A stretch of DNA of 64,000 bases from Psammoneis japonica (GCA_008632985.1 QPGO01000158.1:1-64000); one strand, 5' to 3'; counted from the first letter of the stretch, positions 11,953 through 26,300 are shown. Notes: generated by a model from the letters alone, not told the origin. Numbers and translations: made by a program.

Positions 11953-12530
11953 TTTGTTTCCAGTGGTCCGTTCTTTTCAATAAAATAGAGCAAAAATTTA
12001 ATAGCCAATCTCGCCAAATTCAATTGCCAATCTCGTTGTCACCCATTGTTCGGCGCTTGACGCTTGATGCGACGAATTCTTTTCGCGCCTCGCTGATTTT
12101 GTGAGCGGAATTTTTCTTCAACGACGATCATCCGTTGGGATAACGGTTATAACCGCAAAAAATTCGTCCATTCTTTGTCAGTTTCCCGCCACCCAGCCAC
12201 GAGCCACCCTCATTTTTTTCATTTTTTGTATGTTTTCACTCTTTTCGAACGGACGATACCATGATGGCAAACGATGAGCCCTTGACAAAGAAACAACGGG
12301 GTCGGTTAAAAAAACTTCGAAAGAAACTATCCGAAATAAAAGAAGAAAGCGAAACAAGTGGCTTGACGTCTCGTCAGGATTCGGTCCGTACGTGAGGCTG
12401 CGACGAAACGTTGTAGAGACTGACTGACTGACTGACTGCTCGAACTGTCTGTCACTCTCTGCCATGGGTTTCTTTGTGAATCGTTTGTGCTGGACTTCCA
12501 ACAAAAAAAATTCTGGAAATCAATTTCACC

Positions 12531-12995
12531 TTTGAAAACAAAACGAGAGAGGTCGACAGTGGTGATCGGATAACGGGATTATTGTGCTTTCTACCTGAGT
12601 TCGACACGAATAGACTCATTTTTTGTTAACAAGCTCTCGAAGCTGGTCATAAATGTTGCAATCATATTTCTCGTAATTAAAGGATACACAGTGGCTGATG
12701 TGACGCTCAACGCCCTTGCTCTATATTTCGTCTTTGACGTGGACGATGATCTTGTAGCATATCTTGCCATTGAAGGCATACGACAGTTTCAGAAACGAGA
12801 GTATTTTGTTATCAAGTCCAAAACATCACTGGAATATACATCTGAACACTTTCCAGAGGCGGAGTTGCCTGTCATCGGAGATCTCCCGTCTGCTTTTTCG
12901 TTCTTACTTCCACTCCAATCCCCATTCTTGCCATAGGGCTTCTGCGCCGGATGTATCTGGATCTTTTTGGAGCCGTGGGTTCGTGGATGGGACTA
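12531..12995 (+). pseudogene. Duplicated 3' fragment of the 7743-9914 gene
   Basis: It encodes ADVTLNALALYFVFDVDD..., lacks the 5' part of the gene and has small frame-breaking deletions. Confidence 0.85.
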
Positions 12996-13076
12996 GACAT
13001 GCCAGCCAGACGCATTGAATGGATAGATCTAGAGTATATTGTTTTAATGAACTAACTCTACATGATCGGCCTGCGA

Positions 13077-15444
13077 TTACTGATTGAAGCAGTCACCGTT
13101 ATCTTCGCAGCAAATCGTGCAGCACGGGCACACGACATCATCAATACAGTCAGCCGAAAGGAATGTAAGAAATGGGAGAATGATATTGCCCAGGTCATCG
13201 CAAAAGAAAGAAATATCTCCGGATAGACGATTCGCGCTAAGGCCAAGACCCTCTGTTTCGAATAGTGATGCGCAAGGGGGAAATGTTAGCATGAGGTTTG
13301 AAAGGAAGAAGAAATCAGAATGGCGGGGTTGTCTGGTACCGATGCACTTAAACAAACTTACGCAGAGACGAGAAGCGAGAAAGAAACTCTGGTATCGTTC
13401 CTGTCAACTCATTTTCCAACAGCAAGAATAGAGTAAGGGTCTGGGGAAGATTCTGAAACTCCGCTGGAATGGGGCCACTGAAAAGGTTCCCGCTCAAGTC
13501 TGCTACCGTTAAGCTTGACATGTTCCCAAGTGATGGTGGCAGAGTCCCATTTAATCTGTTGTCTTGAACTGAAAACAGCGTCACATCTGTCAAACGGCCA
13601 ATGTCACTTGGAAGGCTGCCTGTGAAGTCGTTGTCAGAGAAATCCAAGACTCTTGCTAAAGTCAAGTTCGATATTGTGCTGGGAATCGGACCAGTGAGGT
13701 TATTGTCTTGCACGCTTATTGAATCTAGGAAGGGAAGAGAACCAAGGTCAGAAGGTAGCGTGCCCGTCAGGCGATTGAGATTTAGATTGAGAAAGTTGAG
13801 CGCCAACAATCTCGAAGGGAAGGACATGGGAAACCCAGTCAGACTATTGGAGTCCAGAGCAGCATTTGAAAGTGACGACAACTGAAGAAAGCTCTCCGGA
13901 ACCGAACCACCAAGAGACGGACTTCCTGATAACGTTATGGCCTGTAACCTTGTAAGCCTCCCAATCTCTGATGGAATACTCCCTGAGATCGACGTTCCTG
14001 AAAACCAAATCGCCACGAGGTTAGAGAGGTTCCCAATCTCCGAAGGGATTGTGCCAGAAATGTCATTTCCGGGCAACCATAAGAATTGCAGAGTTGAAAC
14101 GCCAAATAGCTCCTGAGGCAGCGGCCCACGAATACTGTTTGAGTTAAGTGCAAGGATCCTTAGGCTCGATAATGCCCCTATCTCAGGGGGGAGGCTCCCC
14201 GTCAAGTTATTGTCCACTGTCAGATTATACGTACAATGGCCGAAAACAACGCGTGAGAATCGTTTTGTTGCCAATACGAGTAAACTTTCATCATTTGGAC
14301 ACTCACTGATTTCAATCGTCTCCACCTCTAGTTGAGGTGTGCATAGTGCAATACCAATCGCGCCGGTTATTGTCACGGCTCCTTCTGGCACAGCGTCTAA
14401 CCATTCACATTCATGCGTGTCTGGCGAAAGAAAGTTGGCTTGGTTTGTCCAACTCATGTCCCCACCAGTGGCAAAGTAAAACACAACAATTGCGTATCGC
14501 TGTATGAAACGTTCAGGAGCAATAGTAGATAAATCCAAAAGGGTATCTGCATGAGCGATCCAATCAGCAGCACGATACTGCGGCGAGGTCGAATCGTCAA
14601 GAGATATTCCAAAGGATGACTCCACCAGTGCAGCCACTTCTGTAAATGCAATGCTCGTCGGTGCTTCGCTTGGCGCCACTGAAGGAAACATGGAAGGCGC
14701 GACACTTGGCTCCGGTGTACTTTCAACCGCACCGTCGTTGCTACTACTGCTGCCACGGCCAAGGACGATTCCTAGAGTCGTGCCCGCAGCAGCTGCGACA
14801 AGGACCACAAGAACTACCATGACCGTAATCCATCTCCGTTTGCGCCTGGATTTCTTGGGAACATCCGCTCGGACGTCCAAGGCCACTACGGCATTGCTGT
14901 CTAGAAATTCCCTCTGGCGTTGGACTTCCAAGTCTTGCGTCAGCACGGCTTCCAAAACAGGCTCGTCGGGGCCCGGAATCATGGGCGTATCAACAACCGG
15001 GGGAATTTGCTGTTCCGTGACGCTTGATCGCATCGGGGGGAGCGGAGCCAGGCCATCGTCAGGTCGTTGTGTGGATTTTGACATTTTGAAACGTGAGCGA
15101 GAAGATGTAAGCGTGACTGGTTGATCTATACCCGCTTCGGGTGCTCGTTGACTCCCTCTGATCCTTTCCCCTTTATGAACCATCATTGACACCTTTTTTC
15201 CGCCCTTGATTTCTCTCAGAGAATCGATACCGTGAGGTTCATCCTCTGCCTTGCTGGATTCCTTATGTACATCGCTACTTGTAGACGTGGGCACCATGCT
15301 TCTGCGATTGCTCTTTCGAGCGCCGGCGTTCTTTCCTTTGTCTTTCAGCTTTTCGTCGTCCATTTTACGTCTTGCTACGCTAATTCCAAATCTCGTCAAA
15401 GTGTATGCTTCTTTGACTTCGTTTCCTAAGAGAACATGCAACAA
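13077..15444 (-). CDS. Membrane-anchored (type II) LRR protein, paralog of 9997-11952
   Basis: Disordered N-terminus, then RRKRRW and a transmembrane helix, then an LRR ectodomain nearly identical to the upstream paralog. Confidence 0.85.
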
Positions 15445-15733
15445 CGTAGCTCTTGCTGTTTCCCTTTCGTTCTAGCTAGAGCTCAGTCCTTGCACTGTGC
15501 ACAACAGCATAGCACCGCGTGATGATCTCTCAGAGCTCAGAGTCAGTCGTGGTGACGTGGTGGGTCGCGGTTTGGGGCAACTTCAACTTTCACCGCGGAA
15601 AATGCGATGCAACGCAATGGAGTGAAGTTGACGGGTTTTCTTCTCCATTCCTTGCATTTTACGGTGTTGCGACATTAGAATTCGACTAGGGAACGCATCA
15701 GCTCTTTTCATTAGTGGTACACTAGCAGCAGTT

Positions 15734-17971
15734 ATGAAGAGAAACGTGAAAACGAATACGACAACGTCAAATAACGAACCCAACCGAGAAAGCAATCGTG
15801 CAGCAAGGTCCCAACAAGCACCAGACTCCATGGTTCCTAGTCACAGAAGCTCACGTCGTGGAGGCCCAGATATTTCAGACGACCATGCGACAAGGCCCAT
15901 TCCAGTTAATTCCAGGAATACACCGAGAAGGCAAGGAACCGACGAAGGAATTCCTGAGTTATTTCCTGAGACATCAACGCGTTCTGGTCTTTCGCGGGGC
16001 GAGAAGGAACAGGAAAAGATAAAGGCCTACAGCAAAAAGAGCAGGAAAAGTGCAAGAAGCATGGCTCGCGACGCGGCGCCTGAAGTTGTCCAGGACACTG
16101 TGGCTTCAAAGCGACGTGACAGGGAGCAAGAGAAGATAAAGTCCTACACCGGGGGAAGAAAAGCAGCACCAGGTCCGTGTCCAAGTCCTGGTGCAGCGGC
16201 TCCTGCCCTGACAGCCAAGATGTCACGTCGCTCTAAAAAAGCGGAAAATAGCGTGTCGAACTTGAAGCCATCGGTTTCTAGGCAAGTAAGAAAAGGTTCA
16301 ATAGGAAAGGGAGTAAAAGGATCCATCGCAAGTGGCAGTCGCGGCGGCTCGACGTTGAATACCCCAGAAGAAACTATCATGTCCCACGAGGACGGACTTG
16401 AAACTGGAGAGATGTCATCTCAGATTGTGGCTTCTGCTCAAACCGCTACTACGCCACATGTTGTGCCTGGAGCTGTTGCTATTGGAGGCGTGGGCATTAC
16501 CGACAGTGATGAGGAACAGGATGATCTACTTGTTGAAGATGAGACGGCCGCGGTTTCATCGTCGCCCCGTGCTCGTGGGCTCCCAGAGGCACAAGCTGTA
16601 GTTGACGAGGATGAGGAAGAATTGTTTAAAGATTTAGAGGAAGGAGAGTTGGTGCCTGAATCTGACCTGGCAGATGAAAAGGAACCTGGCATAAAGGGTT
16701 GGATCAAGAGGCACAAACGTCTCACTGCTCTCTTGGTTCTTGTTGTCATTGGCGCTGCTGTTGGTGGTGCGGTAGGGGCTACCGTAGGAGGGAGTGGTGG
16801 ACCTGCAGATCCCACAATGGCTCCTACGATAATGCCGACAGCTTCGCCAACCGTTTCTGGGTTTGAAATTCTGTCGCCTGTACTCTCCAGCCTTACTCCT
16901 CGCTCTGTCTTGGTTGACACTTCTACTCCACAGCATGCAGCCATGTTGTGGCTTCTTCGCGAAGATGAGTTTACGACGGACTTTACCAGTAATAATCCTA
17001 GACTGCTGCAGCGGTACGCTCTGGCTACAATCTATTTTGCCACCAACGGGCGCAACTGGACGTCACAGCTCAACTTTTTGTCCGAACAAGACGAGTGTCT
17101 GTGGAATGAATCCATTGGAGATACTGTTTTTGGAGTGGAGACGTGTAATGAACAAGGCATGATCACAGAGATGCAATTGTGTAAGTTTTTTGTCGTTAAT
17201 GACGATGAGCGTTTTTGATCCACTCTCAACTCAAAAATTTCGTGGTAATTTTCAGCCCGAAATGGTCTTGAAGGAACGCTTCCCAACGAAATTTCAGCCT
17301 TGTCTTCGTTAACTATATTTTCGGCAGCGATTAACGAGCTGGTTGGAGTGATTCCGGACAGCTTGTATACGCTGGGCAGTCTGAATGACATTCGACTGTT
17401 TCAAAACCAATTAGAGGGTACTCTTTCTGCTTCCTTTGGTAGTGATCTCTCCCGCTTGACGCATCTCGCCATTCACGAAAACGATTTATCGGGGTCGCTG
17501 CCAGAATCTATAGGGGCGGCACCGGAATTAACCACGCTAAGCGTAGGCAACAATCGCTTCTCGGGGCTACTACCGCCATCCATTGGGAATTTGACAAACC
17601 TGTTGAATCTGTTCATGGAGAACAACCAGTTCTCCGGCAACGTCCCCCAAGAAGCATCCAACATGGTTTCTTTATGTAAGTTGGTAAAGTATCAAGGCGT
17701 CCCCGTCACTCGTATTATAGTGGTTTGTACTAATCGTCTCATTTCCGTTTTTTCAGTGGTGATTGCATTGGAGGAAAATGACTTTACTGGTTCCATGGCT
17801 CCGTTTTGTGCTGACGGTATTTCGTTCAATAGCTTTCGCGCCGACTGTCTATCTCAAGTTCGACCCGGTGCTCCCGACATTATTGCCGAAGTGGAATGCG
17901 AATGCTGCACCACTTGTTGCGGTATCAATGTGAATCAACAACTTTGCTTACTGACTGTGCCAAGCGCATAA
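15734..17971 (+). CDS. Membrane-anchored LRR protein, multi-exon
   Basis: PGAVA motif, transmembrane helix (LLVLVVIGAAVGG), QRYALATIYFATNG.NW, LRRs and ADC...CECCTTCC. Introns are near 17181-17255 and 17676-17755. Confidence 0.85.
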
Positions 17972-18187
17972 GAAGATCAAGCTGCAACTATATGAACCGA
18001 CGAGTACGTGCAGGGCCCTTGTAGAGAGAATACACAAATTAAAACATGAATGCTGCACGACTTGCTGTGGTAACAATGTGAATCAACAACTTTGCTTACT
18101 GACTCTGCCAAGCGCATAAGAAGATCAAGCTGCAGCTACGAACCGACGAGTACGTATAGTAGATAGAATACACAAATTTAAAACATG
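17900..18187 (+). repeat. Tandem duplication (~148 + ~140 bp) of the LRR gene 3' end
   Basis: gaatgctgcac...caatgtgaatcaacaactttgcttactgact...aaaacatg occurs twice. Confidence 0.9.
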
Positions 18188-18204
18188 TGGTTGTCAACAA
18201 AATG

Positions 18205-19571
18205 CTACACAATTTCCGTGACACTCTTGACCATTCGTCCAGAACTGTTTCCACTTGCAGTTGATGCCGCACTACTGTTTGGATTTAATGGCATGAGCTC
18301 CATGGATGACTTATCTCGTTTTTGCTCGCTGGCATTGTTTTGCTTTTTTCGGCAATACCCAAAGATTTCGTCCCGTAGCGCACCCGGAAAGCAAACACGA
18401 GCAAAGGGTGATACCCAATCCATGCGAAACTTGGTATTGTGTTGCTTGGACGCAGTTCCCCGTGTACCGACACCAAAGACTTCCGTCACGCCGGGAACAA
18501 GTCGTTGCTTTGATAATGCCGAGTCGTGGTGTTGATAGTGGTGTCCCTTGAGTTTATCAATATGCGTCATGCTGCTCATGACAACATCAAACTGATCCAC
18601 CTTCATGCAACACGTGAATAATCCAAACAAAATAGCCTCAACCAACAAGAGCAAGATAAAAAACAAATCCAAGGGATCGTCCAAACAACGTCCTCCACCA
18701 CGCGTACCACCGCTTTGTCGTCCTCCTCGTAAATGACTTTTCGTCACACTCGAACAAGCCACAAAGCGCATGGCCAAGAGCGCAAGCGAGTAGAGACAGC
18801 TCAATGCCGTGTAAAAGACAAAGAGTAAAAAGAACTTGTGATTTCCAATTCCCACGCAATTATTGACCCAGGGACAGTGATGATCCATTTTGATAATGCA
18901 TCGTTTACAGACGCTGCAATGATGCGCTCGTTTGGGCTTAAAGCTCCCGCAACGTCTGCACATTCTTACGGTTCGTGTTGGTGTTGGAGCAACGATCGCG
19001 TCAGGTTTAGTAGAATTTGTTATCGGGTTCCAACAATCCCTTTTGTTGTTGCTGCTGCTGCGCTTGTGTCTGATTCGACGCGGCAGAAGCAGCACTCGCA
19101 TCCAAAAGTTCCTCGGGAGGTTCCGGCATGGCTTGGCATCGGGCGGAACAGCCCCAGGTCTGTCGTCATGGCTTTGAAATGCGCATAGCAGGCCAAGAGA
19201 GCCACGATACAAAATGCAGCCGAGTTGAGGTGCCCCGCCAGCGTGAGAGTCCGTCCGTGCTCTGGTGTGGTTTCGCTCATCCAGGGCGGAATAAGTATCC
19301 AGCATACGGCATAACAGCCATAAATGTGCAAGCCATACGTCAGCAGAGCACAAAATAAGCCACAACAGTCGACGTTTAACCAATGCTCATCGAAGGGACC
19401 CGTTCCGAATTTTTGTCTCTTGACCGTGGCAACCAGAGGCGGTGCGGCTGCTGCAGAAAGAGAAGAAGACCCAACCGCTGCAGCAGCCGAGTGGGGAGAC
19501 GTTGAATTGGAAGAGGATATTCCTCCGCCGCCACCAGCCACTTTTCTACGTGTTGCAGTTCCTTGTTGCAT
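18205..19571 (-). CDS. DHHC palmitoyl acyltransferase, frameshift near 19150
   Basis: C..C...KP.RAHHCSVCKRCIIKMDHHCPWVNNCVGIGNHKFF. The N-terminal half (DCCGLFCA...AMTTD) is in another frame. Confidence 0.92.
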
Positions 19572-20378
19572 ATTCTTATACCAGAGCGAGAATACTAAAT
19601 ACTGTAGCGTGGGTGCAGAGCGGCAATTGTAGCAACAATAAGGAAGAGCAACGTGCCGTGTTACGCAAACAAACAAGAAGCCAAGAAGCGGCGGAGAAGC
19701 GAGGGGAGAAATAAGCGGTGCGGTAAAAAGGTCAACGCAGCAATACTTCTCGTAAAGTTAGTGCAAACAAGACCAAAGCACGGCGCATGGTGTGTTGGGT
19801 GTTGGTGCTGCTTGTGCGTGCCGCTTTCTGGTTTTTCGCTTTGCTCAACGAAGCGGAGCGAAGCACGCACGCACGCACGCACGAGAGCGGAGTGGTATGT
19901 ACTTCTACAGTAATAATATGGTGCGAGGGGGCAATGTATTCCGTCACAAATGTCCTTACTGTACCTGTCTGTGTCCATCATACGGTGAACCATAATGTAC
20001 TGTGCGTACGATGATACGACATAAATGTCTCTGGATTGATTATTGAAATACCTCAATCTTGTATATTCTAAATTCAACTAGAGATATCGTCTTGCCGTCA
20101 CTCGAAAATACTTCTATTGAAAAATCGGATGACGTGGACGAAACCATGACAGCTGAGACCGGAAGAGCCATCAAAGCCTGCTGTTGTATGTTGGTGAAGC
20201 TCAAAGCAAGTCTCTTTCATTTTCAAAAGTGCTCTTTCACCTAAGTATCTCGTGTGTGTGTTTGAATTGGAGGGAAACATCGACTGTAAATTTGATTCGC
20301 TAGGCCTTTCCCAACACACACTGCATCCGAGCAAGTGACCGGCACGTAGAAAATCCTACATACTCTACACGCAAAAAG

Positions 20379-23086
20379 ATGTCTCGGGGTGGTGCCGACA
20401 CAGCCACCATGATGTTGTCGAATCGTCCAAGAACCAGACAACGGCAGTGGTGGATAATTGCATATACAATACTCTCCATGGGTTGTATAGAAACAGCAAT
20501 AGCCTTTCAGTCGACTCATGTGACGTTTGGAAAGATTCGAGAAGAACATTCCGGCATGATGCTACGTGCCTTTTTGCAAAGAGAAAAGCAAGAAAAGAAG
20601 CTCCACCTCACAGTACTGGAAGCGAAGAAAAGACGAAAACAAAAGCAGGAATGCAAACGTACAGTGCAAAATTCATTGAAGACAATGGATTACAAATTAC
20701 AAGTGATAAGGAAGGTCGGATTACCGCACGACCAAAAGAAGAATCAGCAGCAACAACATCTCCTTCAAAAACAACTTTTGCAAAACGAAAACGAAAGAAG
20801 CCTCCAATAATAAAAGAGCAGCCAGCTCAAGTGGTACCTGCTTCTGGTTTCAACATTGTCTTGACGCATTCTACAGCAGACTTTGATACACTCGCGTCGG
20901 CGGTAGGACTGGCCAAGCTCTGGGCGCATGACCACGAAAAAAAAAGACGATGACTCATCATTAGCCACGGATGGTGTCTACGATTCCGCTTCGATTCTTC
21001 CCACCTTTGTCGTTTTGCCACGAGGAGCGCACCCCAGTGTACAACGATTTTTGGCATTGCACAAGCACTTGTTTCCGATTCGATCCTCAAGTCCTTACCC
21101 AACGACTTGACCGGTTTGAATCGATTGGGATTGGTGGATGCGCAACGACGAGATCGGGTCGGTCCTGCCGAACACTTGTTGGGATGGGCCAAGCGTGTAC
21201 CATTGTCGATCATCACATTGATGGCGAAAGCGATATTCCCGAAGCGACCGACTATGTTGTGGACAAGGTGGGATCTGTATCGACGCTGATTGCCGAGCGA
21301 TTGGAAGCGGCGGGTATTGACTTGACGGAAGCCGAAGCGACACTGCTGGCTCTTGGTATTCATGCCGATACAGGGTCCTTGTGCTTTGATTCGACAACGG
21401 CTCGTGATGCACAGGCTTTGGCGTGGATCATGGGACAAGGTGCGAGTCAAGCAGCCATTGCCGAGCATGCTCAGGCATCTCTCTCACCGGAACAACAGGG
21501 GGTCTTGACGCAGGCTCTCATCAATACGAATTCAACCGATATTCATGGTGTCACGGTATCGACTGTACTCTTGACGGCCGATGGTTTCATTAATGGGTTG
21601 GCCGCCGTCACGCAGGATGCACTCGAGTTGAGTAGTTCCGATGTCTACTTGTTGGCGCTCGTGTACGAAGCACGGTCGGGTGGATCCAAGAAGAAACAAA
21701 AGTCAAAAATATTGACGCAGGAAAAGCTCAAGTTGCGACTCTTGGAAGAGAGCAAAAATGAAGTGCAACCCATGATGGAGACAGAAGCGTGGAAGGGAGG
21801 AGTGGAAGCCTTGCGTAGAAGACGTCTGTCGGCGTCGTTTGAAAAAAAGGATGTCGATGGGTCGGGATACTTGGAGAGAAGCGAAATTGCCGCCGCGCTT
21901 TCGTCGTCTGGAGTTGTGGCAAGTGAGGTACGATACAGTCGAAAATTGAACTTGAGCCGTCTCACCTTTCCTCCCCTCTGGACCCACTCATCAATCTCTA
22001 TCTTTTCGCCTATATTGTAGGAGGACATTGATTCGATAATGAAGGCCATTGACGCGGATGGCGATGGCAAGATCAATTTTGAAGAGTTTGTGGCTTTTGC
22101 GGATGATGCAGCAAAGCGTCAAGCAGAGCACGAAAAGCTGCTGGGTAAGCGGCCATCAACCATGATTGTTATTGGTCGTGTGAAGGCTGGCGTCAACCTA
22201 AAGGCGGTCAACTTGAACAAGCTCTTTGAGCCATATGGTGGCGGCGGCCATGCCAAGGCTGCCTCAATGACGTGTCGGCTGGGCGATGAAAGTGAGGCCG
22301 GGGACATCTTGCAGCGTATTGTGGACGATTTGATTGAAACGAGTTTGTTGAAACAACCGACGGTAGGAGACTTTATGACTTCACCGGTCCTCTCTGCCAA
22401 GCCAACAATGACTGAAAAGCAGTGGAGACTTGTTTACTCGTTATGACGTAAGGGCCCTTCCAGTAGTGGATGATGACAACAATGTCATTGGATTGGTAAC
22501 TTACAAGGAAGTGGCTGCGGCCAAACAACGACTATGGAATAAAGAACAAAAGAGGTTGAAGCAGGAAGCCGAGGCATCCAAAAAGAAGAAAGATAACGGA
22601 AGGGGTAACAAGGCTCACCAGCGCAAGCTTGGTAGCGCGCTAAAGGGATGGATGAAACAACATGTTCGTCTTATCGAGGCCAGTAGAACAATGGCGGAGG
22701 TCGAAGCCATGCTCCTTGAGAATGATGGTAAGTTCACTTTGTCGTACATGATGATCGTTTTCTGATTACGCGATAGCGGGAGTTCTAATGGCTGTCGATC
22801 TTCCATTTTTTAACTAGTTGGCTGCATACCAGTTGTTGCGGATGGAACGAAGCAGTTGCTTGGTATGGTGACAAGAACAGACGTACTTCGACAACATCGA
22901 TACTATCCTTCGCTACACTATCATAATAAAGGCTTCTCAGATTCGATTGCGGCAAGGTTGGTAGCTTCGTCTTGTAGAATGATTCTTATCGTGGAGTCTC
23001 TTGTTAACCTATCCATTTACTTTGTTTACAGGAAACCCATCATTGAGCTCAGGAAGAAGCTAAAGCAGTTTGATCTTGACGAGTAA
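20379..23086 (+). CDS. DHH phosphoesterase + EF-hand + DHHA1 + CBS-pair protein, probably plastid-targeted, with introns and frameshifts
   Basis: Motifs THSTADFD, VDHH, GIHADTG, EF-hands DVDGSGYL and DADGDGKINFEEF, GGGGHAKAAS, and CBS motifs VGDFMTSPV, ALPVVD and GMVTRTD. The presequence contains 'TAIAFQS'. One intron is at 21928-22020. Confidence 0.8.
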
Positions 23087-23397
23087 CTCGTTCTGGTCTT
23101 CTAAACACGGAGGCGATTTCTTCTAGCAGTTTCATGCACGTACTATCGGAATACGCGGCACGTTTTTGGCACATATGAAACTAGTCCATCGAGTTACTCC
23201 GTTTGCGAAGAGACTTCAGATTTCCTTGGGTCGGCATGGCTTTTTTCCAAGCCGTTGAGCACTTTCGAGACCATCAGTCCTCTAGCCAACACCGTTTTTT
23301 CACGTTGAAAGACAGTCGAACTGTACGCGTCGCGATTCTAATACCTCATAAATCCAAAATTTTTATCTAAACTTTATTTGATACAAAAATGGGTTTG

Positions 23398-26300
23398 TCA
23401 ATCCACGCGTGTGGATTTCTCTGTTGTAGTGCGTTGTCGTTGATATTGTTTACTCTTGCTCTGTGGAAGTCTCATTGGAGGCCTTGGCACGGAGGGCCGT
23501 CGAGAAACGCTCTGCCTTTTTGTCAACATTCTTACACGAATCTTGATAGCGTCACCGGCAATGTCGGTGCATTCCGACTTGTTGACACGGAGTCCATTGG
23601 TACCAAGAATGGCGTCAAGCTCGTCCGTATTGGGGAGTTCCACCATGACATTGTCATTCTCAATCTTGATGGGGAAGGTGAGAATCTTGAGGTCGCCTCC
23701 AATCTCGTCGCCATCTGCAAGTCCGAATTGCTTCTTGTGCAGAGGACATGCCACCTTGGCCTCGTCACTGACGCTTCCGAGGATACCCTGGACAAGACAA
23801 AGGCTTGCTTGTGGGGGCACATGTTTTGTGTGCAGTACCACTCGCCACGCTTCTCGTTGTTAAAGACAGCGAGCTGGGTCTCGCCGACAAGAATGGTAGA
23901 TCCGACATTGGGAGCAAAGTCTGATGTCTTACCGACAGTGACCCACGACTTTTCAGAGCGAGAGAAAACGTCGTCCTCGGGAGCTTGCCAGTTGGTTTGG
24001 GGTTGACCGTCTTTGGCCAATCGGCGGGGCGGAGCTGTCCACGCATATCGACAAACTCAATCATTTCGTCCTTGAGTTGATTCTCGTCCGTGTTGACAAA
24101 TTGCTTGAACTTGGCTCTCCTGGCTGGATCCTTGACAACCTCCGCCCATTCATCGTGGTAGGTGTCGACCAATGCTCCATGCGAGCATCGAGTTCGTCGC
24201 AGATGCCCAACGAATCTTCAATAATAACTTCCTTGAGGTGCTCAATCGGACCGCCTCCGTTCTTGCCCGATGGTAGCTTTTGTTGCCAAACGGCCGTACG
24301 CTCCAATTTGTCGGCTGTCAAGATGTAGTACATAATGTATCTGTCAAGGTACTTGAGGACAGTATCTTCGTCAATGTCAGAAGCAAAGAGCTGGGCATGG
24401 ACGGGGTTGGCTCCGCCGTTTCCTCCCAAGTAGAGATTGTATCCGTTCTCAGTTGCAATCATTCCGAAATCCTTTCCTTGGGCTTCGGCACATTCACGGA
24501 CACACCCCGACACGGCACTCTTCATCTTGTGAGGGGATCGGATTCCCTTGTATCGGTTCTCGACACGGACAGCAAAGGATACCGAGTCTTGGACCCCATA
24601 ACGGCACCAGGTGGAGCCGACACAAGACTTGACAGTACGGAGGGCCTTACCATAGGCGTGTCCAGACTCGAGACCAGCTGCTCCAAGCTCCTCCCAAATA
24701 TCAGGAAGCTGGTATTTGGCAGCACCAAACAAATCAATACGTTGAGCACCGGTGACCTTGGTGTAGAGATTGTACTTCTTGGCAACTTCTCCCATGACAA
24801 TGAGTTGCTCGGGTGTCAATTCACCGCCAGGAACACGAGGAACAACCGAATACGATCCGCCGCGTTGCATGTTGGCCATGGAACGGTCATTGGTATCCTG
24901 AAGGGCATCACGTCCCTCATCGATAATGACTCCATTGTTGAGAGAAGCCAGAATAGAAGCAACGGCGGGCTTGCAGACTTCGCAGCCGTCGCCGTGTCCG
25001 TGCTTGGCAAGAATCTTCTCAAACGAATCGACACTGGATGGATCGGCATCGGTCCTGACCAACGCCATGAGCTCGGGACGAGACATGTGGAAATGCTCGC
25101 ACATGTGGTTCGAGAGACTTCCACCGAGAGCTTCGAGTTCCTGTGCGAGAATGGTCTTGACTTGAGGTTCGCATCCACCGCATCCGGTACCGGCAGACGA
25201 GCACTTTTTCAGCTCGGCAAGTGTGCAGTCCTTTCCAATACTCTGAACAGCTTCGGCAATGGCTCCGCGGGTGACATCGTTACAGGAGCAAATCTGTGAG
25301 TTGGGGTCGGAAGAAACCTCATCAGAATCATCGACAACACCGCCTCTGGCCGATGGAGGAGCCAAAAGGTTGGCAGGGTCTTCAATGTCGGTGGGTTCGA
25401 CAACGGCAAGCTTGTGAAGGACGGCATAGTCGGAAGCATCTCCAACAAGGATACCACCACGAAGTCTTGTTCCAGCCTTGTTGAAAATCAACTTTCTGTA
25501 AACTCCCGAAAGAGGATCGTTCCAAACCATTTCCGTCACGTCGGTATCATCGGGCTGGGGTTGGTTGACCCCAAAGGATGCAACATCACATCCCAACAAT
25601 TTGAGCTTGGTGGACAAGTCGGCGCCCGTAAACTCCTTTTGCTCTGCATCAACACCAAGAGCCTCGTTGGCAACGGCACGTGCCGCAACGTCGGCCATGA
25701 CGTATCCGGGAGCAATAAGACCATAAATGAAATTGTTGTAGAGAGCAATCTCTCCAATCGCGTAAACGTCCTTGGCCGAGGTGTGCATGAGTTCATCCAC
25801 CACAATACCACCGCGTTCACCGATATCAATAGTGCCACAGTCCCGGGCGAGTTCATCCCGGGGCTTGATACCACAACTGACGACCACCATTTGAACCGGC
25901 AAGTCGTCCCAGTCCTCATTGCTGAATCGAAGAGCGGAAACGGGAGCGGCAGAGTCGTTATCCGTGGTACCGTCGGAACCAACAAAGGATTCCGTTCTGG
26001 CACCGCAATGCACCTTGAGGCCCATGTCTTCAATCTTGCCCACGAGTGCATCGTGGCCGCCTGAAAAGAAAACAAAAGGGGTGGAGCAAAGGTAAGATTC
26101 GATGTCGAGTGAAGCAAAAATCATAGCAACACGTCAATACAACAACAAGAACCAGACTCACCCTGATCAATCTGCCTGCACATGAGAATCGGAGCAAACT
26201 CAATAATGTGCGACTCGAGTCCCATATCAGCGACAGCCTTGGCTGCTCCAATCCCAAGAGTCCTCCACCAATCACGGCGGCGCTCTTGACATTGTTATCC

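Larger units (their letters stand above)
9438..14707 (+). repeat. Tandem segmental duplication of ~2.2 kb (9438-11605 and 12531-14707)
   Basis: Near-identical sequence runs from tttgaaaacaaaacgagagagg to gaaggcgcgacactt in both copies. Confidence 0.95.

Noticed and set aside
12417..12438. (gact)n microsatellite, and similar (cat)n near 7625 and (gcac)n near 19865
   Set aside because: These are ordinary short tandem repeats.
24280..26064. Long plus-strand ORFs opposite nirB
   Set aside because: They are antisense shadows of a codon-biased gene.
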